Below the pieces are notes generated by a model. It was not told where the DNA came from. It searched no databases and was given only the letters and a program-made list of their open reading frames with translations. This document shows positions 1 through 13,640 of a DNA stretch of 64,000 nucleotides, piece by piece. The DNA is from Tubiluchus corallicola (taxonomy: Eukaryota; Animalia; Priapulida). Made by a program: the position numbers and the translations under genes. Positions within the stretch are counted from its first letter, which is position 1, and each line of letters begins with the position of its first letter. The stretch is taken from NCBI GenBank assembly GCA_030141605.1, contig JAQGDQ010000357.1:62001-126000 (forward strand). Direction: 5' to 3'.

Positions 1-91
1 AAAACATCTTATTATATGATTTTTCAACCACCCTGACAGAAAAAAAACTTTCACAGCAACATGTCATGAAATTCTCTTGATAAAAACAAAC

Positions 92-3000
92 CTGTAGTTC
101 TGATAACTTTAAATTCAATTCTGTTTCCACAGTCTCACTCTTCTCCAAGGAATCATCCGATGATTTCAGTTTATTCGTGAGCTCATCTAAATTTTTAAAA
201 CTAGAACTGTTAACTGTGATTAGTAGTATAGCTTACGAAATAAATATAAAGAGGCTAAAAAGAAATCGTAAGCTGGCTCTACTGATCAACTTAGTTGACC
301 TTTATTCTCAGCCGCATTATATATATACATATTCCAGTTCCAACCAAACTTGTTCAGCTGGTGGGATCTGAGCTCTAGATGCGCGGCAAAAAATTGGTGA
401 ACAGCAATTGAAAGGGTTGAAAAATTCTAAAATTGGTACTTTTCTTATTTCAAAACCTATCTCGTCCAAAATGATGGGGTAGTGAAGACAAAATGCGGTG
501 CTGGGGTGCATCAGATAATTGTGTAAAAATGTCGAAGCAAGAGTTTGGAATTTCTGTCAGTCTGTCCTCTGTCTGAGGCACCGAACCACTATCAGCCATG
601 CGGCTTGTTTTACTATTACTATTATTGTATATATTAATGTTAATTTATTATTAAATCTATATGACACACAAAGCTAAATTAACAATTTCATCTACCACAT
701 GACACAGTAGAAATGTTTTCCTTTATTTACTGAATGTGTTAAGGATGAAGCATTAAAATTTCTAAAAAATGTACATACCGATTTCTTTTTGAAGAGATTT
801 AGCTAGCTCCTCACTTGTTCCCAAGTTGTCTGTTAGCGAATCAATAAGCACACTTTTCTTATCCACTTCTTCGCTCGTTTGCTTCAGCTAAACAAATAGA
901 AAATCGAAACATCATTTTCATGACATAACTTTTATAAAAAATCATACATGTTAACAGTACCTTTCTCAGTTCAGTTAACTGAAAAAAATATAGCCGTTTG
1001 TACCTTTAATTCTACTTCGCATACTTGTGACTCATAATGCTGCTTTTGTTCCATATTAGCATCTCGTTCAGTCATCACTAAAATTATACATAGGTTATTA
1101 AATAATTTAAGTATAATTAATTAATCAATGGAAACCACTAGATCATGAGCAAAAGAATCAATTAGTGAAAAATAAGAAGACGCAATAAATTATAATATTA
1201 ATTGTCATAATAATGATAAGCAAAATTAAATTGAACAAAAGCATGCAGCCAGTACATGATGATTCACATAGCCGAACCATGAACTTACACTTTCTTTCAG
1301 CTTCCTGAATTTTTTCCTGATGTGTAACTGTAAGTTTCTCAAACTGCTGAGAGAGCTCCTGGAAAAACAGAAATAAAATCAGAGAAAAGAGAAACAGTAG
1401 ACAAGAAAGCTAAATAAACGACGATTTGATCACTAAGATTAGGGATTAAACCAGATACTCACAGACAAGTTTGCAATAAACAGAAATTTATTTTTAAGTT
1501 TAATAAAAAAAACATTTAAGCAACAAAACTCATAAGACACTGAATTTATAAAAGAAAGCCAAGCATATTTTTTAAAGCCAAGCTAGCGTCGCTAACTGCA
1601 CAATTGTTGTTGAAGATAACAGTAACTCCAACTACAAAAATGCTACAAACAGATGTGACACCACAACAGACTTTAAATCAAAGAAATTATCTATTATAAT
1701 TATGGTACCTCAAATTGTTTTAGTCTCTCATTGTCTGCAACCTTTAACTGGTCTTTGTCCTCTTCACCTAAAACAGAAATTGAAACAAAAATCAAATATT
1801 ATACCATATTAAATTATGCATTTTTGAAGTGCTGATAACACTAAGGTTTCTAATCTCTAATCATAAACTAGTTTGGAGATTATTAAATTTTGTTTATATT
1901 TGTATGTTTTCAATACTTTTTATAAATGTTTTTCAATTATATGCTTTATTGTCTGATAAAACATTTTGCTGCTAAATTTAAATTTAATTTAAACACAATT
2001 TAAATACCTTAACCCAAATCCTGATTCTGACCCCAACACTGACCCTAACCATAACCCTAGCTCTAACCTCACCCTAATACACTTCACAAACTAATTTCTA
2101 GTGTGTGGGGAATAGAAAACGCCTTCTCATTTTTCTTCAATCAACACAAAGCAATTAAGGATCTTTCAAATATTGCCATTTGAATCTATACATAGGTCAC
2201 GAGTAGTCAACACCAAAAATGCAAAAAAATAATAGTTAACGAGATATTTTAATATTTAAGTGCACTTTAATTGTGTACTGCTATAGAGTTTTTGAATTAG
2301 AATATAAATAGCATGTGTTAATCCATTGATTGCAAATAACTGCTTAACTATCACTTAGAATGCAAAGTCATCATGTTAATAATGAGATGATCTTGCTACA
2401 TTGTCATTCTAGCAGTTACCTTGGAAGCAATAATGTGGTAGACAAACTATTAAAACAAATGGCCTAAAGTTACTAATAGTTATTTATGTTTAGCTTACAA
2501 ATGTTCTGGTTCTATACTAACTATTACCATCTGTACTTACATTTTGCAAGACTTTCTTCTAAATGTTTCATGTGACATTTCAAAGCATCGCACAGATCTC
2601 TGGTCGAGTTCACTCTATTACAATAAAAATAGCGGAACTAATAAGAAACAACAAATAAATGCACAGCTGCTTAATTGGGCACAAGCATTTAAATGTTTTA
2701 TCTTGTGTTTTTATACATTCTAATTATTCATACTTGAACTCAGTTTCTTCTCTAGTGTTTATCTCTTCCTGTATCTTGTTACTCAGGCATTCGTTCTGTA
2801 ATTGTAGATCTAGCAGAGTGTTCCGTAAAGTGTCAATTGTTTGGTCAGCATGATGAAGCTCTTTTTCCTGCATATAAACATGGTAAAAACAAGTATGACT
2901 CAGAACTATTTGAAACGTAAGCGTGTCCGTACTATAATTAATGCATTAACATGTTGTCAAATGTATCTCAAAATACGTTTACTAGGCAAAAAATGTTCCA

Positions 3001-4314
3001 GAATTTAGGCAAAAATATATATGCAACACCTGACAACAATCAAGTCACCTTTTTAGCTTCTCAATTATCATTACAATGGTTTTGCTTTGATGGCTGGCAG
3101 AAAAACAGCACTGGACATATTAGTCCAGAGGTGGATTGACAGCTGTGGCCTTTTATTTTTGTTTGCTGTGGAATCCCTTGCCACCCAGATCATATGCTTT
3201 CAAGTTTCTAAGTGCTCAGTTTGCATTATTTTTGGAATAATCCATCTAAAAAGTGTTGAGTTCAACCTCCCGTATTGAAAGTGAGCCCGCTCCAAGCTGT
3301 TGCTATTGGGCTAAGCAGATTAAAGTGAACTGACAAATTTACTCATAAATCACTAGAAATAAATGAATGTTACTTGTTTTTGCATCTCCATTTCGGTGTG
3401 AAACTTCCACTTTCTGATTTTTTCCGCTTCTTCTGCTAAACGGCTGTACAAGCTGGTTGCCTGTCCGGTGACACCAGAACGTTTCTCTGCAAGATAAATT
3501 TGGATCAAAACATATATAACTGCATGCAAAACTATGAATTCAATACTACTTTTATGGAATACTAAGCACTGTGGTGGAAAGCACAGAATAAGTTTTACAA
3601 AGTGAAACTGTTTAAACTGTAAAAAAGCTAACAGGTGTCAAAACACATTTGACAGGAAACCGTTGACAAAATGACTGCTGACAGTTCTCCATGGCTCCAA
3701 GTAAAAAAACTGAACATTCCAAGTAAATGCACAAATTAACTTGGTAGGTCAACGTTTTTGCACTGACCCAGTAGCTTAATGAATGCTGACTAACGATTTT
3801 AACAACTTTTTTTGACATACTGACATTGCTTTTTAATGAGACTTGTGAAAGATGTTAGTACAACTATTATTATTATTACTATTATTGAAGTCGCTAATTT
3901 TGCTGTTGGTACTACTACTACTGCTACTACTACTACTACTACAACAACAACAACAACAACTACTACTACTACTGCTAGTACTACTACTACTACAACTACT
4001 ACTACTGCTGCTAGAACTACTAATATTACTCCCACTGCTACAGCTACTGTTACTGCTACTGCGACCCCCACCACCACTACTACTTTACTACAATTACTAT
4101 ACTATTACTGTTACTAAGTACTGTGCACAGTACCACTACTTACATATTTATAATACTTCATACCTGCATTCATCATTTTGCCATCAAAGATGTTTTCTTT
4201 GTTATTGACATCAGTTAGCTTACTGTCAAACATCATTTCCTTTTTGAGTTCTTTTCTTTCCAGCTCTCTGCATTGAGGGCGCACCCTCTCCGGCATTTGA
4301 AACTCAAATAACAT
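92..4314 (-). CDS. SYCP1: Synaptonemal complex protein 1, 5' part; continues beyond the left edge
   Basis: Nine phase-consistent GT-AG exons: 4314-4164, 3486-3374, 2867-2734, 2614-2541, 1767-1709, 1358-1289, 1077-1004, 887-779, 186-92. Translation includes SLYSRLAEEAEKIRKWKFHTEMEMQKQEKELHHADQTIDTLRNTLLDLQLQNECLSNKIQEE...VNSTRDLCDALK, matching by recall the conserved SYCP1 N-terminal motif (human YSKLYKEAEKIKKWK...ELQFGNEKVSLKL...NATRHLCNLLK), then heptad coiled coil. In-frame TGA just upstream of ATG 4314. Confidence 0.92.
2010..2077. repeat. Degenerate (TAACCC)n-like hexamer tract in a SYCP1 intron
   Basis: taacccaaatcctgattctgaccccaacactgaccctaaccataaccctagctctaacctcaccctaa. Confidence 0.6.
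3855..4118. repeat. Compound (ACT/ATT/ACA)n microsatellite
   Basis: Directly visible; source of the poly-T, poly-V and poly-L ORFs. Confidence 0.95.
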
Positions 4315-6464
4315 TCCCAGTCATTTGCAGTAAACCAACCTCTTTTAAGTACTAAGAAATTCAAAATGAAAACTAGGTAAGGAGCAATATGAATTTCATT
4401 ATATATAAATTAATGTTTGTTACTTTAAAAATTTTAGTTACGCCTAAATTCCCACACCAGTTTGTAATATTTTTCCAGTTAATAACAGTTTCCTATATGC
4501 TTTCCAATTAAGGGTCAGGTACCAAATGTGAAAATATTGAAAGCAGAAATATTCTTTATGAACTATGTAATTTATAACTATGTGAGGAATATTCCATGAT
4601 TCAGTTTAGATTAGTACTAACTTCACCTAAACCTTAATTTTGATACAGCTCACATTCAACATTCAATGCTGTATGGAAAACGTTATACAAATCATTGTTT
4701 TCAGTTATCCAGGCTAACATGCAGCTTTATATGTCCCTCTATATTTTCAAAATTAAGAACAAAGCAGAACACACGTAAAAATCTACAGTAATATATAAAA
4801 ATTGAAAAATTCTGAACTTTTTATCTTTTTTAGTTTTAATACAATTGTACTTTCTTTTAAGATCGCCAGGTAAGTTGAAATACAATAAATAATACGCAGA
4901 ACTGAAACTACCTGTTTTCTTTGCCTTTATTAATTATAATAGAATAGGAAATATATTAGTAATAATATAACTGCAGCTCTGTGCTGGTACAATACAAAAA
5001 CAAATACAAGTATTTTATCCGTTATAAACATATGAGTGCACATCAAAATGTGTTTGTTTGGTATTCGTGAAAAAATATTATATTATATTATATTACATTA
5101 TATTATATTAATATATAAAGATAATATTAATAAAGATTAGTAACAGTTGGATGGTTAATTAAAGTTTAGATATCGGAGTAGACAGCTGATAAGAAGGCCT
5201 TTCAATGAATGTGGCAAAAAGCTGGTTTAGATTGCAATAAAATGGCTAGACCCATCTATAACTAACTGCAACCCAAAGTTTCCGTTCACCAATGAATTAT
5301 TAATTATAAATATTACAGTGAAACTTGGAATGCATTATAGCCCTCTAGTTATAATTGCGATGCTCAATATTTTGTTCCAGTGCTTTTGGCATCATTTGCT
5401 TAATATAACGTAAAGTAAGTTTGATAAGTTAAGCTAATTTGACAGCATGAATTTTTTCAGTACAAGTTACATGCATAACTTGATTACTAAGTATCTTTTC
5501 ACTCAAATTTGTAATGCGCTGTTGTTGAAATACTAATAAAAACAAAGATGTTACAATGATCAATTGATGACGATAACAGCTTTTATAATAACCAGAAGTA
5601 AGGGTTTATAATCTTTATATATGCCAAATAAAGAGTGCTCTGGTAAATAAATTTATTTAATTGCCACCTTAGTGTTTTTGTTGCTCAGTGTTGTTAGCGA
5701 CATTATCGTTGTCATATTTTTCTTGTACTGCAGCCCTGGATAGCTACAGTTTTTTGTTAATGAATTATAAATGCACATTCTTTCAAACTGTTTTTTATCT
5801 CCCAATTAGTAAATGTACGTAGTACCATTACAAAGTCTTAAAAATTATAGTTTTAACAACCTTTTTTGCTTTTTGTCTTTTTTTATCCAAAGGCAGTCCA
5901 GAATGATGTACTGAAATTCTGTGTTCATTCATTTTAAAGTTGACAATTTTTAGCAATTCCAGCAATTTTCACATTAAGAGTTCTTCCTATATTATTCACT
6001 AATCATCAGTTGAGCATAATGTCAAGCATAGAAGGAAATCACAACAATGAAGTTATGGAAGTGTATAGCCATTTTACAACTGTATAGCAATACTATTTTC
6101 AATTGTAGAGGCTTCTCTCATGCAAACTCATAATACAGGTACGCATTTATTAATTTAGCAAATAAAACCACAAGTCGTCAAGAAAAAATACTCTTTCCCC
6201 GCGCAACTTGATGCTCCAGGCAGCTCCATAAGGAGCTCCCCCGACGACCATACCCATTTTTGCTTGGTATACATGAAATACTTATTTGTGTTTACTGAAC
6301 TATATTAGTACTAGTTAATGATCTTTGTGGACCAGAAAAGCCTAGTGAACTGTGCCAATGTTTTACTTAGTCGTAAGTTAAGATTTTTAACGTGACTAGC
6401 AATTCGTAATGGTTGCGGCAAACTCGTCTGGTTACGAGTAGCACGATAAGGAATCCTCTCTTAC

Positions 6465-6900
6465 CCGGCCTTCAGTTTTACAAAAACGTAAAGCATCTTT
6501 AAAAATACTGTTTTACAAAAAACTTCTTCGCAATTTACTTATCTGTGTAAAAACGTTTAGGCAAATTCACACAGAAGTTTAAGTACAAAAAGTCCAAGTA
6601 ATAATGTTCGCAACGATATTTTACACCGGCGTCTGCACAAAATTACATTTTTTAGTTACCGTTTTCATCACTAGAGCGTGCCAAGACGCGGAATCAGGTA
6701 CGAGAAGCAAAATGTGCCACACATCAATTTTGTCAAAGAATACGTACCACAGATGTGACTTATACTGCGCAGCAGTTCGCGCAGTTAGTGTCGCCCTAGC
6801 GGCACAGCAGCACGGATTGTTGTTTCAGGTACGCTACACTGTGTACTATAGCAGATGAATTGATGAGACCATCAAAGTCAGGCCGGTCAACAGGTGCTCA
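6465..6900 (-). promoter_or_regulatory. Probable SYCP1 non-coding first exon and promoter
   Basis: Strong donor CGG|gtaagag at 6465/6464 could splice to the acceptor at 4351; locally GC/CpG-richer; MYB-like cores CAGTTC 6773 and CAGTTA 6782. TSS cannot be located from sequence. Confidence 0.45.
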
Positions 6901-7321
6901 TAAATTGCTCAGCAGTGAGTTGCAAAAACACAAATGAAAATATCTTTTTGAATTTCCCGAGGATGCAGCCAGGTAATTATAAAAAATGCTAATTATAACA
7001 CAGATTTGTAACTTTTGTTACAAGTTAAATATTTTGTACACTAAGCAAAGACTGCAAGGCCTACATCTGTCTTTGGCGATTTATAGCAGCTGTTATATTT
7101 CTGAATATTATTTAAAGCAAGCATAAGGCATTAAGAATAATTAGTAGTTAAAATAAAAATTATTATATTCATATCTCATGAAAATTAATAGGCTTATTTA
7201 CAAAAGAAGTTAAAGAAAGTTGATCATAAAGAAAGTTTGCAAATACCTGGCTCTTGTAGTATTCTATTTCAGGAAAAATATTTTTTCTAAAAAACATTCC
7301 TATTTAATTAACATGTTCTTA

Positions 7322-7474
7322 AGAGGACAACCCAAGCTGAGATGGTTTGAACGTATTAACAGAGACCTTAGAGTGAAGAACATAAATGAAGAGATGGCCA
7401 ACAACAGGAATGCATGGAGAAGACTTATTCACAACGGCGACGCCGCATAGGGAAAAGCTGGGAAGAAGAAGAAG
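7322..7474 (+). mobile_element. 5'-truncated RTE-clade LINE 3' end
   Basis: RGQPKLRWFERINRDL...ANNRNAWRRLIHNGDAA* resembles the RTE C-terminus (RGRPKxRW...DRxxWR); followed by a (GAA)n tail. Confidence 0.8.
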
Positions 7475-8131
7475 TTCTTATCAGGAAATATAACTTAAAG
7501 AAATATTAGACTTGACTTTCATGTGTAGTACCTTTCATAGAAAAAAAATCGATTTTTTCAGAAGAGCAAAATATTTTTTCCAGAACAGAACTTAATCTAC
7601 GCATCTGTATGTTTTCTTAATTCTAACAATGTTTAAAAAACACATAATCATACATTAGCCTTTGTTATAAGTTGGAGTTGGTTATAAAATCACGTTGAAC
7701 AATTGGAGATGCATTTACGACATTACTCCTCTTTTTTATTGTCAGTGAACAAAGAATAACAAAACAAAACATCGGAGTTGTCATCCTGAGCAGCCGACAT
7801 TACTTCCGCCTCTATAACAACCAACTAACTAGGTCAAAATCAAGTTATAGAATTCATGTGAGAAGCCAACCTGGCGCATAAATTAGAATTTGCACGTGGG
7901 TCATAACATATATCATATATAGACGTCACTTATATTTAGCCTAATTTTTTTAAGATTCAGTTAGGCTTACGTCAAAATAAATGTTCATTAAACACAGTTT
8001 GTTTACATGTACTGTAAAAAATGTACTTGTATAATAAAACACCTGTGGCTAAATCCACAGATAAGTCTTGATAAATATTATTTATTTATGGGCTTAAACA
8101 AATGGCAGAACCTTCAACAAGAGGAAAAGTA

Positions 8132-8464
<333 letters not shown>

Positions 8465-8925
8465 AAGAGAGGCAGGGAGAGAAAAATCAATAAAAATGCA
8501 CCCGTCATGCAGTCAGCTAGCCTCTTGCCTCAGGAAGAACAATAAAAATTTTATTTACAAGACAATTGAAGAAGTATTTGCAAGTACATAATACAAACTT
8601 ATTGCTACAATTTTTTCCCTTTTTATGAAATGTTTTCAGTTTTTTAAACTAATAATTGCTTTTAATTGAGATATTCTTCTTTTATAAAAAACGCAAAAGT
8701 GATTTTAGCTTATCGAAATTGCGCGTATGCCAACGTTATTGGTGAACTTAAGAATATTATTATTACAGTCAAAATGCGCCGCTCAAAATTTTTAACCATC
8801 CGTCGTTTGATGCCGCCAGCGTAGCTGCTAATCGTAAAAACGAAATACGTAAAAATAGTTTTATCACTTCCTCTTTTTACACTTTGATTATGTGCAAAAC
8901 TTTGGTAAATTATCACACTTTATAT

Positions 8926-9326
8926 TATTATAATGCGCGTTCTTGCAAACTGTTTTTATATGCACATTGGTGAATGTAATATCATTATAAAATCGTAAAC
9001 GACAACCATAACAGTCTTTTTTGCTTTTTGGTTTTTTCTTTCATCCAAAGTCGGTCCACAATGATGAACTGAAATTCTATGTTCATTCATTTTTTTGTTA
9101 TGACATTTTTAGTAAATCTACCAATTTTCATATCAAGAGTTTTCTTACGTTATTCACTACTCATCAGCTGAACATATAAAGAGACATGTAAAGCTGCATT
9201 AGGATAACTGAAAACAACAATTTGTATAAAGTTTTCCATTATAACATTGAATGTGAGCTGCATTGAAATTAAGGTTTAGGTGAAGTTAATACTAAACTAA
9301 GCTGAATCTTGGAATATTACTTGCAT
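8926..9326. repeat. Diverged duplicate of two SYCP1 intron-1 segments
   Basis: 8926-9176 matches 5765-6018 in direct orientation; 9174-9326 matches 4581-4744 in inverted orientation. Confidence 0.85.
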
Positions 9327-10980
9327 GTTCTTTGTGCTTCACCACATACTGCAACCCCCAAAATGATGTGTACCATAGGCAACAGCACTTTTTAGCACCT
9401 TCTACTAAGTACTATATAAAGTTGTTCATGAGAGCCGGCCAACGTGGCCACAGGGAGCTTGAGACTAATAATATCATTGTAAGTGGCCCTCCAATATAGT
9501 ATCTAAGTAAGAAACACTTGCAGCACGAGTGGACTCAGCTAGTTAATAATAATATAGAGATTATATAGACAATTAACTTGTATCCTTCAACTGTGAAACT
9601 TGGATACATGTTTATTGTTGAGCTCTATAAAATGATTAATATGGCAATATAAAATTGTTAAACAAAATGTTATATTTAAATACAAACAAGTTGAATTTTT
9701 CAATGCAGAAATACTTTATTTAAAATAAAAGTGCAATATATGTACCAATAACATAATCTAATGCCTATACCATATAAGTAAAATAATTAGAATAACACTA
9801 CACCAAAAAGTTAAACAAAAACAAAGTATCTAAATAAGCAATGTCTGCATACTGTGCTTTCAAAAATGGATTTATTCAATTTAGTTACAAGTACCAATTT
9901 TTGACTATTAATAGTGTACATAAAAGCACTAAAGAGGTCTGTGTTATGATCGAAATGAACCCACTCAAAATTATATTTACTGATTTACATGTGAAATTTT
10001 GTTAGCCAAGAACATCAAAACACAGCACATATGTATATATTCATATATATTATTACACATATAATAATACATGTGTGCTTGCAAACCAAAACCGCCCATA
10101 AGTCGGCATTGTAAAAGCTACGTTATTATGCTTCAAAGTAGAATGTACTAAAAATTTGGTCAAATGTGAATTTTTTGTTTTTATATAAACAAATGTTAAA
10201 TAAATTGGACTTTTAAATTTTAATATCAAATTATCAAGAAAATGTTAAAAAATACCAAAAATCTAATTTTATAACACTGTACCCATATTTCGTGCTAGAA
10301 AATAATACTGCAATTGTTAAAGACTTGTATTTTCAAACTCCGGTAGCAGCTCGCGGAAGCATTAATTTTGCTTCGGGTTTTTTCTGTTGCCAAGCCCAGA
10401 TCTTCGTCGAGAAGAGCCATCTACTGGATTTAAGCATAACTTCAATCCGCTCTTGCAAAGGCCGTAGCAACCAACATCTGTGCGGTTGCCAAGTGTTTTG
10501 TAGAAATGCGACAAAAAACAATGGCCAACTTTGGCAGTAATTTTCTCTAGATTATGTTTTTCATGCATGGCGTGTACTTCAACATCAAAGTAGATTATCT
10601 CAGCTTCGAAATAACAAAAGCGATGAACTTAGTTTCACAATGATCCTCATGAAATGGAGATATTAGTAAGTAAGTAAGTATCTTTATTTATCACCTTTTT
10701 TACAAGACAAACACAATGCATGGTACGATAATATGGTAATATGATATAAAGTGACAAAGTTATTAGATGAATAAATTATGAGTCAATGGTGTTCAAGTGA
10801 TTGGTGAAAGGGTGGCGAAAAACTAAAAGTTATCAAAGTCAACCACCCTGTAAGTAATGTTACTATTATTAATTAGTCATATGCGCAATTATCTTGATGA
10901 AGATTTTCAGAATAGTGAATGGTGAATAGATTAATGAATAGTACTAATGGCTACATATATATATTTATACATATTTATTC

Positions 10981-11496
10981 ACATCAGCGGAAGTTCTTAA
11001 TGCATCACCAGCTCAACGATTGTTTGGAAGACGGACACGAACTATTCTACCAATGCCATCTTCCTTGCTAGAGCCGAAACTTGTGCCAAATACTAGAGAG
11101 AAAATCATTGCTCAGAAGGATCGCCAAGCTACATATTACAACCAACAGGCGAAACCTTTGATTCAATTAATGGTTGGGGATGTTGTACGTATGGACCCTC
11201 TACGAAAAGGGAAGATGTGGGAGAAAGCTATAGTGATACGGAAAATTGGTGAAAGGTCTTACCTTGTAAAGACTGAAAGTGGAACCGTGTACAGAAGAAA
11301 CAGAGTTCATCTGCGCAAGACGTCTGAGACTTATATAGATGAATCTGTATACTGCCCATATGACAACATGAGACAGAAACAAGACGTAATACCAGACAGA
11401 CTTAACGATAACAGACAGAGGAATGATAACGAGATTAGAACACGTTCTGGTAGGCGAATTCAGAGACCTAAGTTTCTTAATGATTATGTTACCTAG
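10981..11496 (+). mobile_element. Ty3/gypsy retrotransposon pol fragment (integrase C-terminal tail)
   Basis: SPAQRLFGRRTRTILP...YYNQQAKPL..LMVGDVVR...WEKAIV...RSYLV...YRRNRVHLR...TRSGRRIQRPKFLNDYV: typical gypsy integrase tail. Confidence 0.9.
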
Positions 11497-11610
11497 TTTG
11501 AGTATTAATAACCTTGATGTTGACCTTTAATTTTGTGACCTTGATATCTGCCTACATTGATGTTTTTCAGTTTAGATGGTCTACGTTACTTACTTTTAAA
11601 ACGAAGAGGA

Positions 11611-11823
11611 TGTGACGTGTTCTTATCTGTGGCTAATATTTTAATGTTTGTGCTTACTAAGATTTCCCTTATTTTTTAAGCGGGCTTATCACGAGGTAGA
11701 AGTTATGTAATGTGGGATTTGCTTTGTTCAAATGGTTATCTAAACTGATGCTCATTTAATAAACGTTTGTTTTAGTATTCACTAATTTTTCAACTGTTGT
11801 GGCTGTATCTTGCAAACGTTACA
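11611..11823 (+). mobile_element. 3' LTR (213 bp) of the gypsy fragment
   Basis: Polypurine tract AAAACGAAGAGGA immediately upstream; termini TGTGACGT...ACGTTACA; internal AATAAA near 11758. Confidence 0.8.
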
Positions 11824-12589
11824 CATATAATAATTGAGTTTTAACCATTCATATTTATATACGGGTTGGCGAGTTCAAATTGAGAGTAATATTAGTATAA
11901 GTTTTAGTATTAGTATTAGTTTGAAAACAATTCCAAGACTAAGTATAAAGAGAAATAAGTATGTTTTTGTAGTTTGACACAAGGTAATTAAGAGATTTGT
12001 TTTTGAACTTCTTAGGATATGTGAACATTAGGATATGTGAACAACTAGAAAAGGTTAATTGCCGACTTATGGAGCATTTTGCTATGCAAGGACACATATA
12101 TATTGTTTGCAGCTACATTTGATGTGCCATAGATGGAAAGATTAAGGTCTACATTCAAAATTTAAATATATATCTAAATTATACATTGTGCATCTACATT
12201 TAGGATCCACATGAACATTCGAAGTTATCACCACCTACATTTGATCAGAAAAACCTATATAAGACATTTTTGAAAGCCAAGAACTAGGAAAAGTGCATAT
12301 TTTTTTGTCATTTTTTGTTATTTGCCCAAATGTTTCTTTTTCTAAGCATGTATTTCATCTTTTTTTGCCCTCAGTGCAACTTAAGTGCAATGTTGCAAAT
12401 TTTCCAGGCATGAAGCTGACAAAGACAGTTCTCCTCCCTTCCTTGCCCTGTACCAGTATCAATGACCCACGATAACAACTGATGAAAATCGATGTTACCA
12501 TGTAAAATCCTTTAGAATTCTCGTACAGCCTAGTCGTTTCTATCGCCATTGTTTCTGCAATTCTGAAACGTAAAAGCCAAAATGCCATC

Positions 12590-13490
12590 ACAACTGACCA
12601 ATCAACCTGACCATCATTCTCGTTAACCACATGTTCATTCTCATCAACCTTGCACTTATTCTCATAAGCTTCAGCATTCTCGTTAACGTTACCCTGACAC
12701 TCACCAGACTCATTTTTATTCTCATAAATTTCACCCTCACTCTCATTAAATTGACCTTCACTGGTCATATATAAACAACCTCTATATAAATTATTATTGA
12801 CCCCAAGCTCATTTTCATCTATCTCTCCCCTAAATTCCCATCAACATCAGCTTCATTCACATGAGCCTCATCTTCATTCTCACCAACCTCACCTTCACTC
12901 TCGCGAACCTCACCTTGCTCTCACCAACCTCACCTCCATTCTTGCCAAACTCATCTTCATTCTCACCTACCTCACTTTCACTCTCGCCAGTCTTATATTC
13001 ACTCTCACCAACCCCACCTCCACTCTCGCCAACCTCACCTTCACTCTCGCTAATCTTATATTCACTCTCACCTACCTCACTTTAACTCTCGCCAATTTTA
13101 TATTCACTCTCACCTACCTCACTCACTCTCGCCAATCTTATATTCACTCTCACCTACCTCACTTTCACTCTCGCCAATTTTATATTCAGTCTCAGCAACC
13201 TCACCTCTACTCTCACCAACTTCACCTTCACTCTTGCCAAACTCATCTTCACTCTCGCCAATCTTATATTCACTCTCACCTACCTCAGTTTCACTCTCGC
13301 CAATTGTATATTCACTCCCATCAACCTCACCTCCACTCTCACCAATCTTATATTCACTCTTACCTACCTCACTTTCACTCTCGCCAATTGTATATTCACT
13401 CCTACCAACCTCACCTCCACTCTCGCGCCACAACCTCACCTTTACTCTCACTAACCTTGTGTTCACTCTCACCAACCTCGCCATCACCCA
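12590..13490. repeat. Degenerate 21/42-bp tandem repeat array
   Basis: Alternating units such as cactctcgccaatcttatatt and cactctcacctacctcacttt; more diverged units at 12590-12770. Confidence 0.85.
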
Positions 13491-13640
13491 ACGGCACTTA
13501 CTTTCTTATTAAATTCAAATTTATTTCTAGTTAAGTTCATCTTCATTCTGATGAAGCTCATTTGATGTACGTTGATCTCTGCACCCTATGCAATTAAAGA
13601 CAATTCCTGTACAGCAAAATTGCAAACAACCATAACTTAC

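Larger units (their letters stand above)
10010..12255. mobile_element. Old decayed TIR DNA transposon, probably related to the 32.3-kb element, with a nested gypsy fragment
   Basis: Inverted match atgtgtgcttgca...ccataagtcggca (~10071-10108) versus tgccgacttatgg...tgcaaggacacat (~12060-12097). Right end ACATTTGA...AAAACC|TA and repeated CTACATTT motifs resemble the end at 34352. Possible LNPV(D)/LFS transposase relic near 10400-10435 (-). Left end uncertain. Confidence 0.45.

Noticed and set aside
2010-2077. Interstitial telomere or chromosome-breakage site
   Set aside because: Short and highly degenerate; such tracts are common inside invertebrate repeats.
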